Made by a program: the position numbers and the translations under genes. Below the pieces are notes generated by a model. The model was not told where the DNA came from. It did no database searches and saw nothing but the letters and a program-made list of their open reading frames with translations. This document shows, piece by piece, positions 17,164-24,121 of a DNA stretch of 24,121 nt (the first letter of the stretch is position 1; each line of letters opens with the position of its first letter). Source of the DNA: Planctomycetota bacterium (GTDB lineage: Bacteria > Planctomycetota > UBA1135 > UBA2386); NCBI GenBank assembly GCA_947501605.1, contig CANMWZ010000049.1:1-24121 (forward strand). The letters are read 5' to 3'.

Positions 17164-19134
17164 TCAGCTCGCATCCACCTGCACCTGAAGGCTGGCGCAG
17201 AACTCGGCGAACTTCAACGCGCCGTCGATTGGTAGCCCCTTCTCACGAGCCTGCACCAGGGGCGTGTGCTTGCGCGCCTCCTGGATGGCCGCAAAGAGAG
17301 ACGCCGGGGTGATCGAGTCAGGATGCAGGCACGTGACGAGTCCGAGTTCGGCCAACCGGCTCGCGCGAATCCACTGCTCCTGGCGATACAGAACGCGAGG
17401 AATCAAGATGGCGCGTCGCGCCAGCGACAGGATGTCCGTGCACGTGTTGTAGCCCGCAGTGGCAATGACCAACTCCGCCGACCGCATCATGGCTGCCGTC
17501 GAAGGCAGGAAGCTGCGGATGGTGACCGGCAGATCTTCGGCCTCTTCCCGCATTCGTTGCTCGAGTTCTGGTTCGACGAACGGGCCGGTCAGAATCTCGG
17601 AGTGGAAGTCGATGGCGTGCAGATTGGTCCGCAGCATCTGTAGGAACGGCAGGATCACTGTGTCACCGCCGCCATCGCCACCGCCGATGGTGACCATGAT
17701 GGTCGGCTTCTGCCCGTGCACCGAGCCATCCTTCAGGCCGTCGTCTGGCGTGCAGACGTAGTTCAGGAATCGGGCGCGACTGGCCAAGGACGGCGGCAGT
17801 TCGTAGCGGGTCACCGGGTCGTAGAACTCGCGGTTGCCATAGACGACGACATGGTCGTAGTTCTGCTCGAGCTGCTCGTAGATCCCGCTGCGCTGCCAGT
17901 GCTCGATCACCGACTTGGGGTCATCGAGGATGTCGCGCATACCCAACACTCGTTGGCACCCGCGGTTCTCCTGCAGCCACTTCAAGGCCGGCAACAGTTC
18001 TCCGCGGCTGCCTGTCGGCGAATGATCCACCAGCAGCATGTTCGGCCGATAGTCACGGACCGTGTGCAGGATCAGATTGCTGCGCAGGCTGCGAATCGCG
18101 TCGCCACTGATCTGCAACGAGCGAGCTTCGTACTGCTCGGCCTCGACCTTGACGAGGGCTGGAAGCTTGACGTAGTCGGAGCCCTGGGGCATCCCATAGC
18201 GATGCACCATCGGTGACCCCGTGACCAACAGCACCGAGGCCTCTGGATGGCGGGCGCACACGGCCTTGATCAGGGCCATGCATCGGCGCAGGTGGCCAAG
18301 ACCGAAGGTATCGTGCGAATAAACCAGTAAGCGCGTGCCCTTGCCGAAGGCCTTGGTCGCGCGGACCGGTTCGGCCGGGACCAGTGCTGCAGGCTGGCGC
18401 TGTCGCAACGTCAGGAGTACGCCGGTGCCATTCGTATCGGCGTCGTCGACCTGTTCCATCGACACATCGACGAGCCGGAGCCGCCCATCGAGATCTCGGA
18501 TCTCGATCGTTGCCGGATCCGTCAGCGCGCCGGTCCGAACCCGCCCGAGGCATGGCATGAGAGGCGCGGCCGTAGCGCTGCCACCGAGAACGTCGGCGAG
18601 CAGCCGGCCATAGGTTCGATAGACCGGCCAACCGATGAGCTCGGCAGCGCTCTGGTTGGCAAACGTCACTCGATCGTCGCCGTCGACCACGAACACTGCA
18701 CCCCCGATCCGTTCGAGCATCGATTGCAGGGATCGATTGCGGCGCTGCTCGGTGACAAGGCGGGCATGGCTCGCGAATGCCGTCGAGATGGCGGCGCGAA
18801 CTTGGGCCTGCGTGAATGGCTTGACCAGATAGCCGGCGGCTCCGACCTGTTCCGTGCGCTCGACGGTGGCCTGGTCGGCATAGGCGGAAATGAAGATCAC
18901 GGCGCAGGCATGTTCCTGCACGAGCTTGCTCGCCGTTTCGACGCCGTCCGTACCGGCGGCGAGATGAATGTCCATGAGGACCAACTCGGGCCGTTCGTTT
19001 GCAGCGAGCTCGAGGGCCTCGTCGCGATCGGCAGCAGTACCGACCACGATGTGACCAAGCTCCTCCACGATCCTGGTCAAGTGGAGTTGAACGACCATCT
19101 CGTCCTCGACGATCAAAATGCGACGAGGGTTCAT
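17164..19134 (-). CDS. Response regulator REC-PAS fused to a GT-B glycosyltransferase (COG4671 / GT28-like)
   Basis: REC with E10-D11, D55, S83, K105-P106; PAS-like VFVVDGDDRVTFANQSAAELIG; from ~aa 268 YSHDTFGLGHLRR, LLVDHSP, LGMRDILDDP, VTIGGGDGG, AGYNT, LIPR and EQWIRA. Confidence 0.9.
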   Translation of the reverse strand: MNPRRILIVEDEMVVQLHLTRIVEELGHIVVGTAADRDEALELAANERPELVLMDIHLAAGTDGVETASKLVQEHACAVIFISAYADQATVERTEQVGAAGYLVKPFTQAQVRAAISTAFASHARLVTEQRRNRSLQSMLERIGGAVFVVDGDDRVTFANQSAAELIGWPVYRTYGRLLADVLGGSATAAPLMPCLGRVRTGALTDPATIEIRDLDGRLRLVDVSMEQVDDADTNGTGVLLTLRQRQPAALVPAEPVRATKAFGKGTRLLVYSHDTFGLGHLRRCMALIKAVCARHPEASVLLVTGSPMVHRYGMPQGSDYVKLPALVKVEAEQYEARSLQISGDAIRSLRSNLILHTVRDYRPNMLLVDHSPTGSRGELLPALKWLQENRGCQRVLGMRDILDDPKSVIEHWQRSGIYEQLEQNYDHVVVYGNREFYDPVTRYELPPSLASRARFLNYVCTPDDGLKDGSVHGQKPTIMVTIGGGDGGGDTVILPFLQMLRTNLHAIDFHSEILTGPFVEPELEQRMREEAEDLPVTIRSFLPSTAAMMRSAELVIATAGYNTCTDILSLARRAILIPRVLYRQEQWIRASRLAELGLVTCLHPDSITPASLFAAIQEARKHTPLVQAREKGLPIDGALKFAEFCASLQVQVDAS

Positions 19135-21425
19135 ACGGTCACCGCCGTAGCTGGAGCCCGACCGGCAAAGACAATTCGCACCGTCACGCCCCCATTGTTC
19201 TCCATCGTCACCTTGCCGTTGAGCTGGCGCGCAAGTTTGGCGACCAGACTCGTGCCTAGTGTTCGTCGGCTAGGTCCGCTGGCCGGCTTCAGCCCGTGGC
19301 CATTGTCGGTGACCTCGAGCACGCGCATGCCATCGGTTTGCTCCTTGAGACGCAGGGTCACCGTGCCCCGTTCGTCCTCCGCGAATGCGTACTTGAATGC
19401 GTTGGTCAGCAGTTCGTTCACGATCAACCCGCACGCCAGCGACTGGTCCAGATCGAGATGCAACTGATCGAGATCCAACACCAGTTCGATCAGGCTGGTC
19501 TTGCCGTACGACTGAACGAGATGTTGGGCCAGCACCTGCAGGTAACTGCGGGTGTCGATATGCGCCAGCTCCGTCGACTGGTAGAGCTGCTCATGGATCA
19601 TTGCGATGGTGCGGATGCGGTTCTGGCTCTCCTCGAGACGACGAAGCACCTCGGGATCACCGGCGGTAGATTGCATTGCCAACAAGCTCGAAATCACCTG
19701 CATGTTGTTCTTCACTCGGTGATGCACTTCGCGGAGTAGCAGTTCCTTCTCGCCGAGGGATCCCCGCAACTGCAGTTCGATGGCCTTGAGCTGACTGAGA
19801 TCCTGTGCCACCAGCACATACCCTTGGAGGACACCATCCGAGGTGCGCAAACCCGCAAACGAGAGCGACACCGGGATGTCCATGGCGTCGGCGCGCAGCA
19901 TCGCGCGTTCCAGACTGCCTCCCGAACGAGCCGAGGCCGCAGCAAGTTGGTCGACCGTTTCGCCATCGACCATGCGGCAGAGCATGCGCAGCGGCTGTCC
20001 TACTTGCAGGTGCCGTCCCCGACCAAGAAGGCGCTCGGCGGCGGCGTTGGCTTGCGACACCGTGCCGCTCTGGTCGCAGAGAATGACCGCGGCGGCCATC
20101 GAATCGAACATGGTCTGCAAACTCGTGACCGACACAGTCGTCGTCGCGAGTTGACCGGCCATGCTGTTGAACGCTCGCGCCAGCACGCCGAGCTCATCCT
20201 TGCCTCCGACTTCGACTCGTGTATCCAGCCGACCCTGCCCAAGTGCTACCGCCGCGTTGTGGAGCCGCTGGATCGGGACGTGGATCGAGCGCCAGACCAT
20301 GAGCCCGAGGACGCCGGCGACCAACACGGCGACCAGACTGGTGCCGAGTGCGACCCGCGTGGTCGTGCCCGTTCGGTCGAGCACGCCATGCAACTCGTCG
20401 CCTAGGTCTTCTTCCGCTCGGCTTAGATAGGCGTAGACATAGGGGATGAGTTCGAGGTCGAGGAAGGGCTCGACCTCCTCGCTGAGGAAGTCGAGGGCGA
20501 GATGATGACTGCCCGCGACCAAGTGCTCGTGCATCGATTTGACGAGATGCTGCAACTGCGGCACTCGCCCCAGCATGCCTTGGAGATGACCTCGGATGTC
20601 GTCCGAAGGCACCGCCGAGCTGCTTGCGGTCGGGCTACTGGCGTCGGTCAGGATCTGCTCGAACTTCGCCGCCTCCCGATCCATCTCGAGTGCAGCGGAC
20701 GTACCCTCGGTCTGCTCACTGAAGGCTTGGCTGCTGACAGCCTTGTGGGCTTCGGCGCGGAACTTCTGCAAAGCACGCAGCATCCTCGTGCCGTGTTCAA
20801 TTCGGCCGAAGGCGGTCTCCGGTCCGTTCTCCTGCACCGGTTGCAAGACGATCTGCAGGGTGTCGAGAAAGACCGTCTCGGGCGGTGTTCCGTCGAGGTC
20901 GCCGGGGACCACCATTCCCTTGACCTTGTCACTGGGCTTGACGTCTCGCAGTTCGATCTTGGTCGCCGTCCACTGATGCGTCGCTTCGTCGATCTTGCAA
21001 GAGACCTCGGCGCGATGGCCAGTAGCCAAACGGTTGAAGTCAAAAGGCGTTTCGGCGCCGGAGCGGTCAGGGTCTCCTTCCGTACGCGCGGTGACGAGCA
21101 GGCGAACGCCGTACATCGTCATGGTGCGCGCGGCAGGATCGATCGCCTGAATGCGACCGCGCAGTTTGGGCCGGAGTGTCTCCGGCATCTCGCTGACTTG
21201 GGTGGCGATGAAGGCACCAGCCGAGTTCCAGTAGCCCTCGAACTCGAGCCCCGATCGCGTCAGGTCGATGCCGCTGACATCGACACCATCACTCGGCTGC
21301 AGCCGCGTAACGCCTGCCCGCACCTGTTCGTTCACACCGTACGAGACGATGCCCACGAACAGGACCAAGCTCACCAGCACCGAGAAGGCGAGGGTGAGGC
21401 GGAATCGTAGACTCGATGCAATCAC
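19131..21425 (-). CDS. Membrane sensor histidine kinase: TM - DUF5666-like/helical sensor - TM - HAMP - PAS - HisKA_2 - HATPase
   Basis: H-box LLREVHHRVKNNMQVISSLL; N-box NELLTNAFKYAF; DNGHG and TLGTSLV; HAMP DELGVLARAFNSM; two TM segments. Likely GTG start at 21425 (track start 21515). ATGA overlap with the response regulator. Confidence 0.92.
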   Translation of the reverse strand: MIASSLRFRLTLAFSVLVSLVLFVGIVSYGVNEQVRAGVTRLQPSDGVDVSGIDLTRSGLEFEGYWNSAGAFIATQVSEMPETLRPKLRGRIQAIDPAARTMTMYGVRLLVTARTEGDPDRSGAETPFDFNRLATGHRAEVSCKIDEATHQWTATKIELRDVKPSDKVKGMVVPGDLDGTPPETVFLDTLQIVLQPVQENGPETAFGRIEHGTRMLRALQKFRAEAHKAVSSQAFSEQTEGTSAALEMDREAAKFEQILTDASSPTASSSAVPSDDIRGHLQGMLGRVPQLQHLVKSMHEHLVAGSHHLALDFLSEEVEPFLDLELIPYVYAYLSRAEEDLGDELHGVLDRTGTTTRVALGTSLVAVLVAGVLGLMVWRSIHVPIQRLHNAAVALGQGRLDTRVEVGGKDELGVLARAFNSMAGQLATTTVSVTSLQTMFDSMAAAVILCDQSGTVSQANAAAERLLGRGRHLQVGQPLRMLCRMVDGETVDQLAAASARSGGSLERAMLRADAMDIPVSLSFAGLRTSDGVLQGYVLVAQDLSQLKAIELQLRGSLGEKELLLREVHHRVKNNMQVISSLLAMQSTAGDPEVLRRLEESQNRIRTIAMIHEQLYQSTELAHIDTRSYLQVLAQHLVQSYGKTSLIELVLDLDQLHLDLDQSLACGLIVNELLTNAFKYAFAEDERGTVTLRLKEQTDGMRVLEVTDNGHGLKPASGPSRRTLGTSLVAKLARQLNGKVTMENNGGVTVRIVFAGRAPATAVTV

Positions 21426-21564
21426 GAAGTAGGGCGGGGCAGGGGAGGCAGAAGCGGGACTGGTGCTGAAGCAAACACCGGAATCAGCCCTCTGTTGTCG
21501 GGGCAATCCGACCATTCGTCAACCACTGCTTCTCTGCCCGTCGGGCCTCGGGGATCCGCGTACG

Positions 21565-21582
21565 GGTGGCATCCATGCCACC
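21565..21582. promoter_or_regulatory. Perfect inverted repeat in a divergent intergenic region
   Basis: GGTGGCAT-CC-ATGCCACC between the kinase and molybdoenzyme starts. Confidence 0.35.
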
Positions 21583-21658
21583 GGTCTCAGCTGGCGGACA
21601 AGCTCGCATGCTGCGCCGTGGCGCCCACATCGGCCTTCCCGGTAAGGTCTACAGATTC

Positions 21659-24121
21659 ATGGATCCGACCACGCTGCGAACGACTCCACTCGAGAACTTC
21701 CCGCCGCCGTCCGAGTGGGACGATTGGACCGAGTTCGACGCGCGTGCATGGCCAAAACGCGAGGAGCGTCACTACTCCCTGGTGCCCACCATCTGCTTCA
21801 ACTGCGAAGCCGCGTGTGGTCTCGTTGCCTATGTCGATCAGAAGGACGGGCGCATCCAGAAGCTCGAGGGCAACCCGTATCACCCTGGGTCGCGCGGCCG
21901 AAACTGCGCCAAGGGCCCCGCGACCATCAACCAGATCCACGACCCTGATCGCATCCTCTACCCGATGAAGCGGAAGGGGCCGCGCGGTAGTGGCGAGTTC
22001 GAGCGAACGACCTGGGACGAAGTGCTCGATACGCTTGCGCTGCGCATCCGCAACGCAATCGTCGAGCAGCGCCTCACCGAAGTGATCTACCACGTGGGAC
22101 GGCCAGGGCATGATGGCTACGTCGAACGGGTTCTGCAGGCCTGGGGCGTCGACGGGCACAACAGCCACACCAACGTCTGCAGCGCTGCAGCTCGTTTGGG
22201 CTACGTGCTGTGGAGTGGTCACGACCGCCCGTCACCGGACTACGAGAATGCCACGTTCACCTTGCTGATCTCCGCGCACTTGGAGACCGGCCACTACTTC
22301 AACCCGCACGCGCAGAGGATTATCGACGGCAAGATGAAGGGCGGAAAGTTGGCGGTTTGCGATATCCGCCTATCGAACACCGCGAGCATGGCCGATTTTT
22401 GGCTGGCGCCCCGGCCCGGCACGGAAGCCCTCATGCTGCTCGGCTTCGTCCACGTGCTCCTGCGCGACGGCTTGGCCGATTGGAAGTTCGTCGAGGACTG
22501 GGTCGATTGGCGCGGCTACCAGCGCGCCCGCGACCGCGAAGTGAGTTTCGACGCCTTCCAACGCGATCTCGCTGCCGACTACGCCTTCGCAACGCCGGCG
22601 CATGTAGCCATGGTCTGCGGTCTCGAGCCAACCACCATCGAAGAGGTTGGTCGCGAAATCGGTAAGGCCGGCGCCAAGTTCGCGAGCCATGTCTGGCGCA
22701 ATAGCGCCGCCGGAAACGAGGGTGGCTGGGCCGTCGCACGCAACCTGCAGTTCGTGTCCGTGCTGGTCGGCGCAGTTGGTTCGCTGGGTGGTACCAACCC
22801 CGCAGGGGCCAACAAATTCGTGCCTTCGCCCTTCAGCAAGCCGAGCCCGCAGCAAGTCTGGAGTGAACTGCTCTATCCTCGCGAATGGCCGCTCGCCCAC
22901 CACGAGCTCAGCTTCCTGTTGCCGCACCTGTTGAAGAGCGGTCGTGGCCGCGTCGACACCTACTTCACTCGGGTCTACAACCCGGTCTGGACCAATCCGG
23001 ACGGCATCGTCTGGATCGAAGCGCTCATGGATGAGGCGCTGTTCGGCTGCCACGTCGTGCTGTCGCCGACTTGGAACGAGACGAGTCGCTATGCCGACTA
23101 CGTGCTGCCGATGGGCCACGCGACGGAGCGCCACGACCTGATGAGCCAGGAGACCCACGCGGCCACCTGGATCGGCTTCCGGCAACCCGTGCACCGAGTC
23201 CTCGCCGAGCGCAAAGGCCAGACCGTCGAGTGGACATGGCAGGTCAACCCAGGCGAGGTCTGGGAAGAGGACGAGTTCTGGATCGCGCTGTCCTGGAAGA
23301 TCGACCCCGATGGCTCGCTCGGAGTGCGTAAGCACTTTGAGTCGCCGTACCGCCCTGGCGAGCGCGTCACGATCACCGAGTACTACCGCTGGATCTTCGA
23401 GAACTCGGTGCCCGGCTTGCCCGAAGCTGCCGCCAAGGAAGGGCAAACGCCGCTCGAGTACATGCAGCGGCACGGCTGCTTCTTGGTCAAAGACCAGATC
23501 TACCGCACGCATGAAGCCGAGTGGAAGGAGGGCGGCCAGGTCGATGCCGAGGAAGGGCTCGTTCGGCGCGATGGCAAGCCGGTCGGCGTCATCGTCGACG
23601 GCACGGCCCGGGTCGGCTTTCCGACGCAGAGCAAGCGGCTGGAGATCCACTCGCAAACGATGGCGGACTGGGGTTGGCCTCAGTACTCGGCACCGTGCTA
23701 CATCGAGAGTCACGTCGACGAGAAGCACCTCGACACCAACAAGGGCGAGATGGTCCTGGTCGGCACCTTCCGTCTACCGACGCTGATCCATACGCGATCG
23801 GCCAACAGCAAGTGGCTGAGTGAGTTGTCCAACACCAACCCCGTCTGGATCCATCCCAGCGACGCACAGCGCGTCGGAGTAGTCACCGGCGACCTCCTGA
23901 GAGTGACAACGGTCACGGGCTACTACGTCAATGCTGCGTGGGTTACCGAGGGCGTGCGTCCAGGCGTCGTGGCCTGCAGTCACCACCTTGGTCGGTGGAA
24001 GATCCAAGGGGATGCGCGCGCGCAGAACCGCTGGCAGATCCACGACGTCGACTTCCGCCAGGTGGAGAAGGGTCGCTACCTGGTGCGCCGCGTCAAAGAC
24101 GTCGGGGCCTTCGAGAGCAGC
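21659..24121 (+). CDS. Molybdopterin (bis-MGD, DMSO reductase family, Psr/Phs-like) oxidoreductase catalytic subunit, truncated by window end
   Basis: Absent from the ORF track because it has no stop in the window. Manual translation gives MDPTTLRTTPLENFPPPSEWDDW...TICFNCEAACG...EGNPYHPGSRGRNCAKG...DPDRILYPMKR...HTNVCS...YADYVLP...VWIHPSDA. The same frame reads cleanly at the window end (VEKGRYLVRRVKDVGAFESS). Confidence 0.93.
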   Translation, partial: MDPTTLRTTPLENFPPPSEWDDWTEFDARAWPKREERHYSLVPTICFNCEAACGLVAYVDQKDGRIQKLEGNPYHPGSRGRNCAKGPATINQIHDPDRILYPMKRKGPRGSGEFERTTWDEVLDTLALRIRNAIVEQRLTEVIYHVGRPGHDGYVERVLQAWGVDGHNSHTNVCSAAARLGYVLWSGHDRPSPDYENATFTLLISAHLETGHYFNPHAQRIIDGKMKGGKLAVCDIRLSNTASMADFWLAPRPGTEALMLLGFVHVLLRDGLADWKFVEDWVDWRGYQRARDREVSFDAFQRDLAADYAFATPAHVAMVCGLEPTTIEEVGREIGKAGAKFASHVWRNSAAGNEGGWAVARNLQFVSVLVGAVGSLGGTNPAGANKFVPSPFSKPSPQQVWSELLYPREWPLAHHELSFLLPHLLKSGRGRVDTYFTRVYNPVWTNPDGIVWIEALMDEALFGCHVVLSPTWNETSRYADYVLPMGHATERHDLMSQETHAATWIGFRQPVHRVLAERKGQTVEWTWQVNPGEVWEEDEFWIALSWKIDPDGSLGVRKHFESPYRPGERVTITEYYRWIFENSVPGLPEAAAKEGQTPLEYMQRHGCFLVKDQIYRTHEAEWKEGGQVDAEEGLVRRDGKPVGVIVDGTARVGFPTQSKRLEIHSQTMADWGWPQYSAPCYIESHVDEKHLDTNKGEMVLVGTFRLPTLIHTRSANSKWLSELSNTNPVWIHPSDAQRVGVVTGDLLRVTTVTGYYVNAAWVTEGVRPGVVACSHHLGRWKIQGDARAQNRWQIHDVDFRQVEKGRYLVRRVKDVGAFESS

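Noticed and set aside
17146..21609. 9-mers on both sides of the two-component cassette (TCGGGCCTC 17146/21541; AGCTCGCAT 17166/21601) as insertion scars
   Set aside because: Short and GC-rich, unequally spaced, one lies inside the last codons of the gene, and there is no recombinase; compatible with chance.
21567..21610. Sigma-54 promoter at TGGC motifs
   Set aside because: The GG-N10-GC spacing is not satisfied at the sites I checked.
21659..24121. Selenocysteine in the molybdoenzyme
   Set aside because: No in-frame TGA is indicated (the track shows no terminated ORF in this frame), and the candidate ligand is Cys.

Overview
GC-rich bacterial chromosomal window. The exported cytochrome/redoxin/NHL-repeat/lipoprotein genes suggest a Planctomycetota-like genome (inference only). 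Gene order: 5' part of an OPT-family transporter (-, truncated); a divergent secreted CxxCH + copper-monooxygenase (PHM/DBH-like) + EF-hand protein and a redoxin; a five-gene non-phosphorylative L-fucose-type sugar-acid cluster; class II ribonucleotide reductase nrdJ, preceded by tandem NrdR-like boxes and a ~430-nt structured leader; a thioredoxin-like/TPR lipoprotein coupled to an NHL beta-propeller carrying the PAL (amidating lyase) catalytic motifs; an M1 aminopeptidase; a 48-aa membrane ORF; an NrfC-NrfD fusion; an opposite-strand two-component cassette; and a molybdopterin oxidoreductase that runs off the window. The most unusual element is the two-component cassette: a HisKA_2 kinase with DUF5666-like repeats in its sensor, coupled to a response regulator whose output domain is a GT-B glycosyltransferase. 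It sits between the subunits of the molybdoenzyme complex. A second candidate system is the PHM-like plus PAL-like pair, which carries the full eukaryotic peptide-amidation catalytic residue set. I saw no rRNA, tRNA, CRISPR array, intein or transposase. All assignments come from motif reading; no searches were run.
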